The notes under the pieces were generated by a model. The model was not told the DNA's origin. It worked only from the letters and a program-made list of their open reading frames with translations, and ran no database searches. Below, piece after piece: positions 36,950-47,897 of a stretch of 64,000 nt of DNA. This DNA comes from an uncultured Peptostreptococcaceae bacterium (lineage in GTDB: Bacteria > Bacillota > Clostridia > Peptostreptococcales > Filifactoraceae): assembly GCA_963521605.1 (NCBI GenBank), contig CAUQVF010000007.1:8388-72387 (forward strand), read 5' to 3'. The position numbers and the translations under genes are program-made. Each line of letters begins with the position of its first letter. Positions within the stretch are counted from its first letter, which is position 1.

Positions 36950-39145
36950 TTATTTCATGTCTACAGTAACTCTAAAATTCTTATCCACCAATGCACCTGA
37001 TTTTGGATTTTGATTAAATACTTTTCCACTTCCGGTAAAATTATACTTAAGTTCTAAGTTATCAAGTAATACCTGCGCCTGTTCCTTAGTCATTCCTATA
37101 AGATTAGGCATTGTCATACTTGTATTGGTATCTGAAGCCATGTAGAGCATTACCTTGGATCTTGGTTCCACCATCTCTCCTGCATTTGGGAAGCTACTTA
37201 CAACATGGGATTTTTCTTCCACTACTACTCCCTGTTCAAATGTTGGAACAAGATTCATAGATTGTAGCATTTCAGTAGCTTGTGTATATGACATATTTTT
37301 AAGCTCAGGTACTTGAAGAGTCTTTTGACTGTTATTTTCATCTACCTTAACATTTTGATTAATTCCGAGATATTTAAGAGTTCCTTCAAGCACATTTCTT
37401 GCTATAGGAGCTGCAGATTCACTACCTGACTGAGTACCCTCACGAGGCTCATCTATTACTATTAGCAGAGTTATCTGCGGGTCTTCCACGGGAGCAATAG
37501 CTACAAAGGTACAAATAAACTTTGTGGCTGAATACGCCTTTTCACCTTCTAAAACCTTATTAGCACTTCCAGTCTTACCTGCAATTCTGTAGCCTTCTAT
37601 CCTTGCTTTTTTTCCCGAACCGTTATTTACTACAGATTCCATAAGATTAAGCAAAGTAGCCGATGTCTGACTTGAAATTACCTGTTTTACTGTCTTTGTC
37701 TGTGTCTTTGAAATAACATTATTTTCTTCATCCAAAAGTGCCTTTACTATATTCGGCTCTACCAACTTACCGCCGTTTCCTATTGCATTTACCGCTGTTA
37801 CCAGCTGTATAGGAGTTACAGCTATACCTTGACCGTAACTCATGTTTGCAAGTTCCATAGGTCCAAGGGTCGATAGAGGTCTAACTGAACCCGGCTCTTC
37901 TCCCGGAAGATTTATATTGGTTGTCTGTCCAAATCCAAAAGCATGGACGTAATTGAGGAGCATCTCTCCTCCCAACCTCTGTCCCAATTGGACAAATACT
38001 GTATTTACAGATTGCTCTATCGCCCTTTTGAAAGTAATAGTTCCAAAAGGCCTTGGAGTCCAGTTTTTAAGTTTTTGACCTGCAACTTCTATATATCCGT
38101 TGTCTACAAAATATTCTTCACTAAATACCTTGCCTTCTTCAAGAGCTGTAGCCGATGTAAAGAGCTTAAAAGGTGAACCTGGTTCAAAGATATTGTTTAC
38201 AGATGGATTACGCCACATCTTGTATATTATCTTCATCTTCTCCTCTTCACTTGGAGCTTCTTTCATCAGGTTGGCATAATAATCATATGCTGCCTCTCTT
38301 GGAAGATTTGGATTATAGTCAGGTACAGTAGACATAGCCAAAATATTACCTGTCTTTGTCTCCATTAATATACCTGATACAGATTTTGGGGTGTATTCCA
38401 CATAGGCGTTTCTAAGCGCCCTTTCCATATTGTGCTGCAAAACTTCGTCTATGGTAAGCATTACGTTCTTACCGTTTATCTCCTTTTGATATTCCTTGTC
38501 TTTTACCGAGATATTTTGACCGTTAGCATCTTTTACATAGACCTTCTTACCTGGTATGCCCTTAAGTTGCAAGTCCATAGAAGCCTCTATACCTGCAAGA
38601 CCTACGTTGTTACCTGAGGTATGTCCAAGTACATATGACGCAAAGTTGCCATAAGGATATTCCCTCCTTGATTTTTCATCAAACCAAGTATTGGATATAT
38701 CTTTTTCACGGAGCTTTTTCATATTGTCAAGGCTTACGTTTTGGAGCAAAATTGTCCGATCTTCCTTAATACTCAACTTTTCTTTGAGTTTTTTCCTATC
38801 CACATCAGGAATAGCTGACGCAATCTTATCTATGATTTCATCCTTGCCCTTATCATCCTTAGGTACTCTGGTAAGCTCTATCCAATAGTCGTAAATAGGA
38901 ATACTTACAGCAAGTTCCTTTCCACCCGAGTCGTATATAGTACCTCTCGTAGGCATTATCACTTCTTCTTTGACCTGCTGTCTTTTTGCCATATTGCTGT
39001 ATTCTTCATGCTTGACAATCATCAAATCGCCAAGACGATATATTATATATATCATCAAAATTATAAAAATCCATATACTGATTTTTAGCCTGTTTATCAC
39101 TAATTTATTGTAGTTTACTTTTCTATTTTTTTTCTTTTTCTTCAT
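36950..39145 (-). CDS. Class B penicillin-binding protein (transpeptidase) with two C-terminal PASTA domains (PBP2x/SpoVD/FtsI-like)
   Basis: 731 aa with an N-terminal TM anchor, a dimerisation domain, SxxK (GSPFK), KTGS (AGKTGSA) and two PASTA-like repeats at the C-terminus. Confidence 0.9.
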   Translation of the reverse strand: MKKKKKNRKVNYNKLVINRLKISIWIFIILMIYIIYRLGDLMIVKHEEYSNMAKRQQVKEEVIMPTRGTIYDSGGKELAVSIPIYDYWIELTRVPKDDKGKDEIIDKIASAIPDVDRKKLKEKLSIKEDRTILLQNVSLDNMKKLREKDISNTWFDEKSRREYPYGNFASYVLGHTSGNNVGLAGIEASMDLQLKGIPGKKVYVKDANGQNISVKDKEYQKEINGKNVMLTIDEVLQHNMERALRNAYVEYTPKSVSGILMETKTGNILAMSTVPDYNPNLPREAAYDYYANLMKEAPSEEEKMKIIYKMWRNPSVNNIFEPGSPFKLFTSATALEEGKVFSEEYFVDNGYIEVAGQKLKNWTPRPFGTITFKRAIEQSVNTVFVQLGQRLGGEMLLNYVHAFGFGQTTNINLPGEEPGSVRPLSTLGPMELANMSYGQGIAVTPIQLVTAVNAIGNGGKLVEPNIVKALLDEENNVISKTQTKTVKQVISSQTSATLLNLMESVVNNGSGKKARIEGYRIAGKTGSANKVLEGEKAYSATKFICTFVAIAPVEDPQITLLIVIDEPREGTQSGSESAAPIARNVLEGTLKYLGINQNVKVDENNSQKTLQVPELKNMSYTQATEMLQSMNLVPTFEQGVVVEEKSHVVSSFPNAGEMVEPRSKVMLYMASDTNTSMTMPNLIGMTKEQAQVLLDNLELKYNFTGSGKVFNQNPKSGALVDKNFRVTVDMK

Positions 39146-39381
39146 AGTTTTTCATCTTCCACTTAAAGACTTACAAAACAGTCAATTTTTCAATAAATCT
39201 ATCTGAACTATAGATAATACTAAACTTACATAAAATTTTTCTTATATATTATACCATAAATTTATTAAAATGGTATAAATTTATAGTTAAAATTCTTTGC
39301 TTTTTTTAGATACTATAATATTTAGCAACTCAAATTAAAAACATGGTCTATACTAATAAAATATTTTATGCTAATCTTAAC

Positions 39382-39418
39382 AAAAAAAATATCTGTTAGA
39401 GTTTCCCCCAACAGATAT
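39382..39418 (-). terminator. Intrinsic terminator downstream of the PTS gene
   Basis: Minus strand reads ATATCTGTT-loop-AACAGATAT followed by TTTTTTTT, ~20 nt after the stop. Confidence 0.6.
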
Positions 39419-39438
39419 TTTATAATCTTTCTTACTGC

Positions 39439-41577
39439 TTATTTAACACAAAACAGTTCTTCTCCAAAGCCTACTGTGCCCTTGGCTATTACTTCAATAG
39501 CGTTATAATCGTCAGAATTGGTGATAATTATAGGAGTTACTGTTTTATAGCCTTTTTCTTCAATAAATTTCTTATCAAAGCGAATCAATTCATCTCCTAC
39601 TTGAACGCCGTCACCGGCTTTTACCAATTTTTCAAAGCCTTCTCCCTTAAGCTGAACTGTATCCATACCTACATGTATCATCACTTCCAAACCATCTTGA
39701 CTCTTAAGTGCAACTGCATGTCCTGTTTCAAACATCACTTCCACAGTGCCGTTAATTGGTGATTTTACCAAGCCGTCTATAGGCTTAATTCCTACACCCT
39801 TACCTAATATTTCTGCTGAAAATGTGGGATCGGGAACTTCCGACATCGGAATAACTTCCCCATGCAATGGTGCAAAAATCACAGTCTCATTTATGCTTTT
39901 TTCTGTGGCTTTTTCCTCTTTTACTTCTTCTACTACCTCTGGCTTTTCAAGTATTACACCCACTATCTCATCTCCGGCTTTTTCCATATATTCTTCCACA
40001 TGAGATTTTATAACTGAAACCCTTGGACCATAGATAACCTGTATACCGTTGCCTGCCTTGACGACCCCTGCTGCTCCTGATGCTTTCAGCACATCATCTT
40101 TGACCAAAGAAGCATCTTTTACAGTCACACGTAAACGGGTAATGCAATTGTCAAGATCTGTAATATTCTTCTTACCGCCAAGCCCTGCCAAAATTAGACG
40201 GGATTGTTCATCTTCCGGCGATGAACCGCTTGCAGAAGGAGTTGCTTCTCCCTTTTGACTCATATCTGCTCTGGTATAAAGCTTTGTTTCTTCATCATCC
40301 GCTTCTCTACCCGGTGTCTTCAAATCCCATTTTTTAATAATAAAGCTGAACAGGAAGTAATATACTACAAAGTAAACTGCTCCCACAAAAACAATCCAAA
40401 TCCAATTAGTCTTGGCATTTCCTTGTAAAATACCAAATAAGAACATATCAATTAAGCCACCGGAGAAAGTCATTCCCACTCCCACTTTGAACACATGCAT
40501 CAACATGTATGCTAAACCAGCCAATACAGAGTGTATAGCATATAAAAACGGTGCAACAAAGAGGAAGGTAAATTCCAATGGCTCTGTAATACCTGTCAAC
40601 ATCGATGTCAATGCAGCAGAAATCAAAAGACCGCCTACAACCTTGCGTTTTTCCGGTCTGGCTGTTTTATAAAGTGCCAATGCCGCTCCCGGCAAACCGA
40701 AAATCATAAGTGGAAACTTGCCTGCCATAAAACGAGTCGCTTCAGCTGAAAAACTTACAGTGCTTGAATCTGCCAACTGAGCAAAGAAAATATTTTGTGC
40801 ACCTTCCACCATTTTGCCTGCTACTTCCATAGTGCCGCCTACTGATGTTTGCCAGAAAGGCAGGTAAAATACGTGGTGAAGTCCAAATGGAATCAAGGCT
40901 CTTTCCATAAAACCATATAGCCAAGTTCCTATATAACCTGAGCCACGCACCAATTCCCCAACGGCATTAATTCCCGATTGAACCGGAGGCCATACAAAAT
41001 ACATCAAGATACCGACAGCCAAATAAACAACTGCGGAAATAATGGGAACAAAGCGAGTGCCGCCAAAGAAAGAAAGCACCTGAGGCAACTCAATCTTATA
41101 GTATTTATTATGCAAAGCAGCCACACCAAGTCCAACTAAAATACCGCCAAATACCCCCATTTGCAAACTGGTAATACCCACAACATCTGTAGTTGCACCG
41201 GCAATTAAACTTTCTGTTCCACCATTAATCGTAATCATGGCACCAAGAGAGGCATGCATTACAAAAAATGCAATTGCACCCGCAAGAGCTGCAGTTGCCT
41301 TTTCCGCCTTTGCCATACCAATAGCAACACCAATAGCAAAAATTATTGGTAAGTTTGCAAATACTATACTACCTGCTGCATTCATTACACTAAGCACCAT
41401 GTAGGCAGGCGTACCGGGTCCGATTACTCCTGTCAATCCATAGGTTTTCAACATGGTTTCATTGGTAAAAGAACCTCCGATACCTAAGAACAAACCTGCT
41501 ACAGGTAAAATTGCAATCGGCAACATGAAGGAACGTCCGACCCTTTGCAAAACCCCAAAAACTTTGTTATCTTTCAT
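39439..41577 (-). CDS. ptsG: PTS glucose-family transporter, fused EIICBA
   Basis: EIIC polytopic domain, EIIB active-site NCITRLRVTV and EIIA HVGMDTV. I trimmed the start to ATG 41577 (MKDNKVFGVLQRVGRSF), which follows AAAGGAGAA by 4 nt. The ORF-track N-extension has no RBS. Confidence 0.9.
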   Translation of the reverse strand: MKDNKVFGVLQRVGRSFMLPIAILPVAGLFLGIGGSFTNETMLKTYGLTGVIGPGTPAYMVLSVMNAAGSIVFANLPIIFAIGVAIGMAKAEKATAALAGAIAFFVMHASLGAMITINGGTESLIAGATTDVVGITSLQMGVFGGILVGLGVAALHNKYYKIELPQVLSFFGGTRFVPIISAVVYLAVGILMYFVWPPVQSGINAVGELVRGSGYIGTWLYGFMERALIPFGLHHVFYLPFWQTSVGGTMEVAGKMVEGAQNIFFAQLADSSTVSFSAEATRFMAGKFPLMIFGLPGAALALYKTARPEKRKVVGGLLISAALTSMLTGITEPLEFTFLFVAPFLYAIHSVLAGLAYMLMHVFKVGVGMTFSGGLIDMFLFGILQGNAKTNWIWIVFVGAVYFVVYYFLFSFIIKKWDLKTPGREADDEETKLYTRADMSQKGEATPSASGSSPEDEQSRLILAGLGGKKNITDLDNCITRLRVTVKDASLVKDDVLKASGAAGVVKAGNGIQVIYGPRVSVIKSHVEEYMEKAGDEIVGVILEKPEVVEEVKEEKATEKSINETVIFAPLHGEVIPMSEVPDPTFSAEILGKGVGIKPIDGLVKSPINGTVEVMFETGHAVALKSQDGLEVMIHVGMDTVQLKGEGFEKLVKAGDGVQVGDELIRFDKKFIEEKGYKTVTPIIITNSDDYNAIEVIAKGTVGFGEELFCVK

Positions 41578-41635
41578 AGTTTCTCCTTTCTTAGTATCCG
41601 GATACTGATATAAATATCTATCCGTATCTTGATAC

Positions 41636-41695
41636 AAAAAATAATTAGGGATAAAGCATATTTTATACTTCTAAGCTGCTTTATCTATTAGCACA
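41636..41695 (-). promoter_or_regulatory. Leader terminator overlapping a RAT-like element (BglG/GlcT-type antitermination site) upstream of ptsG
   Basis: Minus strand reads GATAAAGCA-18 nt-TGCTTTATC, then CCTAATTATTTTTT. The 5' arm plus flank (TGCTAATAGATAAAGCAGCTTAG) shares GATAAAGCAG with Bacillus sacB/bglP-type RAT sequences as I recall them. A possible extended -10 (TGATATAAT) lies at 41824-41816. Confidence 0.45.
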
Positions 41696-42014
41696 TTTTG
41701 TTGCTTATTTTTAGCAAAGGAAAAAATCTCAATGGTTTCCTATTAATACTCTTCTTAAAAACGTGCATTTAAGAGCTGTTTCTACGGAAACTACACTAAC
41801 GGTATTTTTACATACATTATATCATTTTTTTCAGAATTTACACTAAAAAAACTTAAGTCCACTTTATTTTGCCCAAAGTTAAAGTAAGTCTCATATATAT
41901 TTCTATTTTTAAAGTAAGTTATGTTGTCTTTTTAATAAATATTCTTTTATATTTTACAGGATATAATTGATTATTAAAATCTTTATTACAACACAGTAAA
42001 ATTAATATATACGC

Positions 42015-42042
42015 AAAAAAGCTCCCTATATCTAAGAGAGCT
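42015..42042 (-). terminator. Intrinsic terminator downstream of the fliD-fliS-fliT-yjfB operon
   Basis: Minus strand reads AGCTCTC-loop-GGGAGCT followed by TTTTTTG. Confidence 0.55.
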
Positions 42043-42148
42043 ATTTATATAAATATTTATTATTGTGAGAAAACTTATTTTTTAAAAACTGTATTTTTTA
42101 AAGGTTTGTTTTTTAAACTATATTAAAAAAACTATCTATCAAAAGATA

Positions 42149-42334
42149 TTATATTTTTGTATTTACATTCGAGCCTATTGCAGGGTTGATTGACAACTCA
42201 AGCTCTTTTATCTCGTCAAGCAATGCTGACGATTGCTCCTTAGTTACATCCATAGCTTTTTTCAGTACAGATATACCTACATCATTTGAAAGTTTAAGAT
42301 TGTTTATATTTACCGCTAAGGCAGTTACGTCCAT
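42149..42334 (-). CDS. YjfB-family putative motility protein
   Basis: 61 aa. MDVTALAVNINNLKLSNDVGISVLKKAMDV matches the small YjfB_motility pattern (MD....S........Q..V..SVLKKA.D). Last gene of the late flagellar operon. Confidence 0.7.
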   Translation of the reverse strand: MDVTALAVNINNLKLSNDVGISVLKKAMDVTKEQSSALLDEIKELELSINPAIGSNVNTKI

Positions 42335-42342
42335 ATTTCCTC

Positions 42343-42807
42343 CTACTGTTTTTCGTCAATGAATATACCGAAATTATCCTTTGTAACCTTTTGCATATTG
42401 TCCATGGAATACTTGTCATTTATAACTCTCTTATTCTTGCTTTTTCTTATTTCTTCTCTTAGAGAGTCTGTCTCCTTGAACAATATAGGCATTAATTTTT
42501 CATCTATAATCTTGGCTTTTCCTATTACTTCTTTTATTTCTCGGATAGATATACCTAAGTTCGGATATTTGGTAATTTCCACATCAAAATCAGGCAGTTT
42601 TTTTATTTCTTCAAAAAGCATCACAAACTGTTCATCAAGCAGACTCATATCGTCTATTATATCTTGCCTTTTATCTATCAACTCAGTAAAGGCATCGAAG
42701 TCTTCTTTTTCCACATAAGCTTCCATATTCAAGGTCAAATCAAGGAGATCCTTGGATAGAGAAAGCTTATTTTTCGTGATATCTGTCAATTTTTGAAATG
42801 CATTCAT
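42343..42807 (-). CDS. FliT/FlgN-like flagellar export chaperone (positional call)
   Basis: Helical acidic protein directly after fliS. I trimmed the start to ATG 42807 (MNAFQKL...), which overlaps the fliS TGA as ATGA and has AGGAAAGG upstream. Confidence 0.45.
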   Translation of the reverse strand: MNAFQKLTDITKNKLSLSKDLLDLTLNMEAYVEKEDFDAFTELIDKRQDIIDDMSLLDEQFVMLFEEIKKLPDFDVEITKYPNLGISIREIKEVIGKAKIIDEKLMPILFKETDSLREEIRKSKNKRVINDKYSMDNMQKVTKDNFGIFIDEKQ

Positions 42808-43190
42808 TGTTGACCTTTCCTTACTATAATCATCGCCTCTTTCCATCCGTCTCTCAAGTCTACTATGACCATCTTTGCGTCATCTACAAATTCTTCCTTT
42901 TTTTGTATATTTGCATCTATCAGTCTACTCAAGGCGAAGTCGTAAAGCATATGGAAATTTTTTGATATTTCCACATCCATATTGAGTGTTGAGTCCAGTT
43001 CTGTGATTATATTTTGTGCCTTTATCAAATTTTCATTGGCTTTTTGAATATTTTTTTCCTGTATTCCTATTTTTGCCAAGTTCATAAATTTTATACAGCC
43101 GTCATACAACATCAGCGTTATCTCTTCCTTTGAAGCTGTATTAATTGAATTTTCCTTGTACTTTTGATATGGATTTGATATCAATATCAT
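42804..43190 (-). CDS. fliS: Flagellin-specific chaperone FliS
   Basis: 128 aa with NPYQKYKENSINTASKEEITLMLYDGCIKF...A..II.EL..TL, typical of FliS. Confidence 0.9.
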   Translation of the reverse strand: MILISNPYQKYKENSINTASKEEITLMLYDGCIKFMNLAKIGIQEKNIQKANENLIKAQNIITELDSTLNMDVEISKNFHMLYDFALSRLIDANIQKKEEFVDDAKMVIVDLRDGWKEAMIIVRKGQQ

Positions 43191-43210
43191 TACCTCCGAA
43201 TTATTTTAAA

Positions 43211-44791
43211 TTAACTTTGTTGATTCATCCAACTTGTTTGACTTTGCATCTTTTGGATTGCACTTTCCATTGCGGAAAATTTCTTCCAAAGATTATTTTC
43301 AAATATTTCTACTTTTCTATTTTCATCATCTATTCTTTTTGTAAGCTCTAAAAGGCTCTTTTCCAATATTGAGCTGTTTTTTACAACTCCTGAAAGTATG
43401 TTGCCCTTTACCTGTTGCAATATAGACGACTCGTTACCTACTCCTGATTGCTTTGCTATTGAAGTTATCCCGTTTGACATATCCTCCATCACTCTTACAA
43501 ATACACCTGTATTTGCTCTTTGAGCCTTGCCCTCGGCAGAGTTTTTTGGATGATCTTTGATGTCATCAGGAGATTTGAATAGTGTATCAAGTACCTTTTG
43601 CGGATCCTTAGCAATTGCATTTTTGAGTTTTTTCTCATCTATTTGCAGTACAGCTCCGTTTTGATATGTTCCTGTAGTTATCCCAAGTTCAAATAGTGAA
43701 CCTGCACCCTCCACCTTTTCATAAAGTCCGCTTCTTACATTTGAAAGTATGTTGCTTACAGTATTGTCACTGTTTAACAGTCCTGATTTAGCCTTTTCAT
43801 CCCAAAGTTTTACCTCTGTCTCTGAAAGCGCCTTTCTCTCAGTGTCTGTAAGCGGTTCATAGCTTCTAAATGACTTTTCTTTGACCTTGTCTTGCATAGA
43901 TTTTACAATCTTGTTGTAGCCTTCGACAAATTCTTTTATCTTGTCGAATATAGCGTCTTTATCGGCAGATACGCTTACTTTGTTTACAACATTATCAGCT
44001 TTTTTTAGTGTCAGCTGTACACCGTTGATATCTATGTTGTTTGACTCGTTTTCTATTTCCTTGCCGTTTAATTTTATCTTGGAATTTACACCTTTTACTC
44101 CGTCGTTTAGCGTAGAAGCTGATACCCCAAGTGATTGAAAAAAGTTTTGTGTAGCTGTATCAGTAGATTTTATGGATTGTTTTGCTCCTGATTCCTTAGT
44201 TGACATCATCAGCATTGACACATCTTTATTGTCTGATGACTTCCCTACTTTTCCAAAGCTGACATTTAATCCTGTAGCTTCTTTTATCTTTTTCATAGCT
44301 GTTGAAATAGTGTCATTAGCCTTTAAATCTACAGTCTTCATTTCACCGTTTACTTCAAGCTTTAGCTGTGTGTCAGCTCCAACCGTGTCATCAGCTTTTT
44401 TTTGTACCACTTCTCCTGTTACGCTTGCAGTAGATGCGAGTCTGTTTACTTCTACATCCATACTTCCGTCAAAGGCTCCGGCACTTGTAGTAGCAGTAAA
44501 AGCATCTCCACTGACATCAGCTTTTTTGCCCCAGCTCACCTTATCTATACTGTTCGGATATAATTTTCCGTTATATGAGTAATTTGTAAGACCTAATTTT
44601 TTCCTGGCATCCACTATAAAATTGGCTAAGTCCTTATTAAGAGATTGGTAAGCCTCCTGCTTCCATTCGCTCTTTGTCTTAGTCTTTGTAAAAGATATAG
44701 ATCTTGAACGCTTAGCCTCCACCATTTGTTTAACGATGGTGTCGGTGTCCATTCCCGAAACCATTCCGCCTAATCTCATTCTTGTAGCCAT
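43211..44791 (-). CDS. fliD: Flagellar filament cap protein FliD
   Basis: 526 aa with N-terminal GGMVSGMDTDTIVKQMVEAKR and a C-terminal coiled-coil (RIDDENRKVEIFENNLWKKFSAMESAIQKMQSQ). Confidence 0.9.
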   Translation of the reverse strand: MATRMRLGGMVSGMDTDTIVKQMVEAKRSRSISFTKTKTKSEWKQEAYQSLNKDLANFIVDARKKLGLTNYSYNGKLYPNSIDKVSWGKKADVSGDAFTATTSAGAFDGSMDVEVNRLASTASVTGEVVQKKADDTVGADTQLKLEVNGEMKTVDLKANDTISTAMKKIKEATGLNVSFGKVGKSSDNKDVSMLMMSTKESGAKQSIKSTDTATQNFFQSLGVSASTLNDGVKGVNSKIKLNGKEIENESNNIDINGVQLTLKKADNVVNKVSVSADKDAIFDKIKEFVEGYNKIVKSMQDKVKEKSFRSYEPLTDTERKALSETEVKLWDEKAKSGLLNSDNTVSNILSNVRSGLYEKVEGAGSLFELGITTGTYQNGAVLQIDEKKLKNAIAKDPQKVLDTLFKSPDDIKDHPKNSAEGKAQRANTGVFVRVMEDMSNGITSIAKQSGVGNESSILQQVKGNILSGVVKNSSILEKSLLELTKRIDDENRKVEIFENNLWKKFSAMESAIQKMQSQTSWMNQQS

Positions 44792-44836
44792 ATAATACCC
44801 CCCTAACTAAATTAACGACCTCATGTCTTAAAAATT

Positions 44837-44861
44837 ATATCGTCAGTTATTTCATTTTTTA
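44837..44861 (-). promoter_or_regulatory. Candidate SigD (sigma-28)-type promoter for fliD operon
   Basis: Minus strand reads TAAA-15 nt-CGATAT (TAAAaaatgaaataactgaCGATATaa), ~45 nt upstream of the fliD ATG. This is close to the Bacillus consensus TAAA-N15-GCCGATAT. Confidence 0.45.
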
Positions 44862-44955
44862 TAAGCTAATTTTACAAATATATAGCATAAGTTTCAAAAA
44901 TATATAAAATAATAAAAATTTTTTGTATTTTTTTATGTCATTATAGCATTTCTTA

Positions 44956-44984
44956 TTACAATTTAGGTGAATTTGTGATAAAAT
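44956..44984 (+). promoter_or_regulatory. Candidate sigma-A promoter for recJ-apt-relA
   Basis: TTACAA-17 nt-TAAAAT with TG at the extended -10 position (TGATAAAAT), 27 nt upstream of the recJ ATG. Confidence 0.5.
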
Positions 44985-45010
44985 GTATGACATCGACAAA
45001 GGAGGTGCAA

Positions 45011-47350
45011 ATGTCTGACAAAAAATATATAATAAGAAATATTTCCAATAATCAAATAGACTTTGACAACTTATTTGATGAGCGAAATATATATAATATG
45101 ACAAAGGAAGAGTTTTTTTCTCCAAGCGTAGATGATGAACACGATGCAATGTCGATGCACGATATGACAAAATCTGTAGACAAAATCCTCTCTATAATGA
45201 GTGAAAATAAAAAAATATGTATATACGGTGACTACGATGTAGACGGAACAAGTGCTACCGCAATTTTGCTTAAGACTTTTGATATCATGGGATATAAAAA
45301 TGTCACCTACTACATACCTCATAGAAAAAAAGAGGGATACGGATTAAATAATGATGCTATAGAAAAGATAAGACAGGGAGACGTAAGTCTGATAATAACA
45401 GTTGACTGCGGTATAACAGCAGTAGAAGAAGTGCAGTTTGCAAACAGTCTTGATATGGAAGTTATAATAACAGACCATCATCAGGTGCCTGATGTACTTC
45501 CTCCAGCCTATGCAATAGTCAATCCTCATAAGAAAAACTGTAAATATCCTTACAAAAATCTCTGCGGTGCCGGAATAGCGTACAAGCTGTCAAGATGTCT
45601 TCTTAATAAAAAAAACATGGCTCAGACAGCTGAAATCCTAGAAATAGCAGGAATTGCTACAATTGCTGACATAATGGAGATAAACGGAGAAAACAGGATT
45701 ATTGTAAAAAATGCAATCAAAAGCATTAATGATAAGTGTGAAAATTTAGGAATTAGAGCCTTGTTAAGCGAAGCTAAGTTAAATCAGGGACAGATTGACG
45801 AGGATTCTATCGGATTTGCAATAGCCCCAAGGATAAATTCCGCCGGAAGAATAGACAGTGCACTTTTGGCAGTAAGACTCTATATGTCAAAAAATGAAAT
45901 AGAGGCAAAGACCTATGCTTCAAAACTGAATCAGCTCAATTATCAACGTCAGGAAATGGTAAAATCCATATACGAAAGCTCTCTTAAGCAATCTGAGAGT
46001 CAAATAGATGACAATGTAATAGTTACTTACGACGAAGGCTGGGATGTCGGTGTAATAGGCATAGTAGCCTCAAGATTAGTCGATGATTTTTCCAAACCTG
46101 CAATAGTAATAGCTATAGAAGACGGTATTGGACACGCATCTTGTAGAAGTATCGGTAACTTCAATATCTTTAACGCACTCTCATCAATGAGTGATTTGTT
46201 GGAAAAATTTGGCGGTCACGATATGGCAGCAGGATTTTCCATAAAAAAATCAAATATCAAAAAATTAATCAAATCTATGAACAGATATGCGAAAAAATAT
46301 CTGCAAACAGATGATTTTATCTTGCCTACAGAGGTAGACTATCTAATAGAACCACAGATGATAGAGCTTGAAAATTATGAAAAAATGCAATCATTTGAGC
46401 CTTTTGGCATTTCAAATATAAGACCCACATTTATGGTGAGCAATGTAAGGCTTGAAAATCCTCAGTTTATTGGAAAAGACAAGACGCATTTTAAGGCAAG
46501 AACAAAGAATTCTAAAAAAGATATGCTTAAGTTCCACGCATATGACAAATATAAGGATTTGGACTTTTCCAAAAAATTTGACATAATTTTTAGAATGAAT
46601 AAAAATGTATTTAATGACAATGTAAGTATACAGATGATGATACAGGAGCTATATTATTCCTATGACTATTATCAAGACTCAAGTCAGATTTATAGCATAG
46701 TCAAGGATAACTTTTCCTACCTTGAGATGAGATATAAGTTTGGACTTGAAAATTACGACTTTAAGGTCTTAGCAATAGAGGATATGACCTTACTTGATGG
46801 TAAGACTGCTTATCTTTGCTACAGTTACGATTCATATTTTTACCTGAAAAATTTATTTCAGGATGAACAATTACAGTTTTATCAAGATAATAGTCAAAAT
46901 TACGACAAAAATACGATTATACTGTTCCCTTTACTTGATAAGACAGAACTTGAGTATTTTGAAAATATAGTATTATGTGATAACATCAAAAAAATAGAAA
47001 AATCAATTTTTACATCAGGTGCAAAAAAATACTGTGCTGATTTTAAGAAGTTCAATGTTAAATTTAAGGGATATAATATAAGAGAAACAATGGTAATTAT
47101 ATATAATTTCTACAAGAAATATCAAAACAGCGAGCTTAAGATTAGCGATGTTGTTGATTTTTTAAACATAGATTTGCTCTTATTTTTTATCATTAATAAC
47201 TTGCTTGTAAAACTTAATCTTATTGACATAAGATATGATTTTCAATATAATAAAATTTACACTAAAATTAATCTAAGCACTTCCAAACAAAATCTAAGCG
47301 AAAATTTAATTTATCAAAAATTGGAAGAATATTTCGCTTTATTCAACTAA
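45011..47350 (+). CDS. recJ: Single-stranded-DNA-specific exonuclease RecJ
   Basis: DHH motifs ([24 protein letters not shown]) and DHHA1 ([10 protein letters not shown]). I trimmed the start to ATG 45011, 5 nt after AAAGGAGGTG. Confidence 0.9.
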   Translation: MSDKKYIIRNISNNQIDFDNLFDERNIYNMTKEEFFSPSVDDEHDAMSMHDMTKSVDKILSIMSENKKICIYGDYDVDGTSATAILLKTFDIMGYKNVTYYIPHRKKEGYGLNNDAIEKIRQGDVSLIITVDCGITAVEEVQFANSLDMEVIITDHHQVPDVLPPAYAIVNPHKKNCKYPYKNLCGAGIAYKLSRCLLNKKNMAQTAEILEIAGIATIADIMEINGENRIIVKNAIKSINDKCENLGIRALLSEAKLNQGQIDEDSIGFAIAPRINSAGRIDSALLAVRLYMSKNEIEAKTYASKLNQLNYQRQEMVKSIYESSLKQSESQIDDNVIVTYDEGWDVGVIGIVASRLVDDFSKPAIVIAIEDGIGHASCRSIGNFNIFNALSSMSDLLEKFGGHDMAAGFSIKKSNIKKLIKSMNRYAKKYLQTDDFILPTEVDYLIEPQMIELENYEKMQSFEPFGISNIRPTFMVSNVRLENPQFIGKDKTHFKARTKNSKKDMLKFHAYDKYKDLDFSKKFDIIFRMNKNVFNDNVSIQMMIQELYYSYDYYQDSSQIYSIVKDNFSYLEMRYKFGLENYDFKVLAIEDMTLLDGKTAYLCYSYDSYFYLKNLFQDEQLQFYQDNSQNYDKNTIILFPLLDKTELEYFENIVLCDNIKKIEKSIFTSGAKKYCADFKKFNVKFKGYNIRETMVIIYNFYKKYQNSELKISDVVDFLNIDLLLFFIINNLLVKLNLIDIRYDFQYNKIYTKINLSTSKQNLSENLIYQKLEEYFALFN

Positions 47351-47361
47351 AGGAGATTTCC

Positions 47362-47883
47362 ATGGATTTAAGAGATAAGATAAGACAGATACCTGATTTT
47401 CCTAAGGAAGGTATAGTTTTTAGGGATATAACTACACTTATTAAGGACAAAAGTGCATTTAAACAGGCAGTTGACGAAATAGTATCAGATTTGAAAGATA
47501 AGAAAATAGATTATATAGTAGGTCCGGAAGCCAGAGGATTTTTGATGGGAAGTGCAGTTGCCTACGCTCTTGGAGTGGGCTTTGTACCGGTGAGAAAAAA
47601 AGGAAAGCTCCCAGGGGAAGTAATCCAAAAAGAATACGAACTTGAATATGGTACAGATATACTTGAAATACACAAGGATGCCATAGAAAAAGGCTCTAAT
47701 GTGGCAATAGTTGATGATTTGCTTGCAACAGGCGGTACAGTTTTTGCCGTATCAAGCTTACTTGAAGATATAGGCGCTAAGGTTGCTGCTATGGAATTTT
47801 TGATAGAACTTACTTTTCTAAATCCAAGAGAAAAATTGAAAAAATACCATATAAATTCTCTTGTAAAATACGATAAGGAATAA
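47362..47883 (+). CDS. apt: Adenine phosphoribosyltransferase
   Basis: 173 aa with [15 protein letters not shown] and the PRPP motif [13 protein letters not shown]. Confidence 0.95.
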   Translation: MDLRDKIRQIPDFPKEGIVFRDITTLIKDKSAFKQAVDEIVSDLKDKKIDYIVGPEARGFLMGSAVAYALGVGFVPVRKKGKLPGEVIQKEYELEYGTDILEIHKDAIEKGSNVAIVDDLLATGGTVFAVSSLLEDIGAKVAAMEFLIELTFLNPREKLKKYHINSLVKYDKE

Positions 47884-47897
47884 ATAGCTAAAAGGGG

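Noticed and set aside
41578-41637. 20-codon N-terminal extension of the ptsG ORF in the track (MYQDTDRYLYQYPDTKKGET). Similar extensions occur on rpsL (15 codons), recJ (12 codons), fliJ (3 codons) and the fliT-like ORF (13 codons).
   Set aside because: In each case an internal ATG with a well-spaced strong RBS yields the family-typical N-terminus, and the extensions have no RBS.
44859-45322. Minus-strand ORFs of 103 aa and 83 aa overlapping the fliD-recJ intergenic region and the recJ 5' end.
   Set aside because: They overlap the promoter region and the conserved recJ DHH domain. They have no RBS and an implausible composition.
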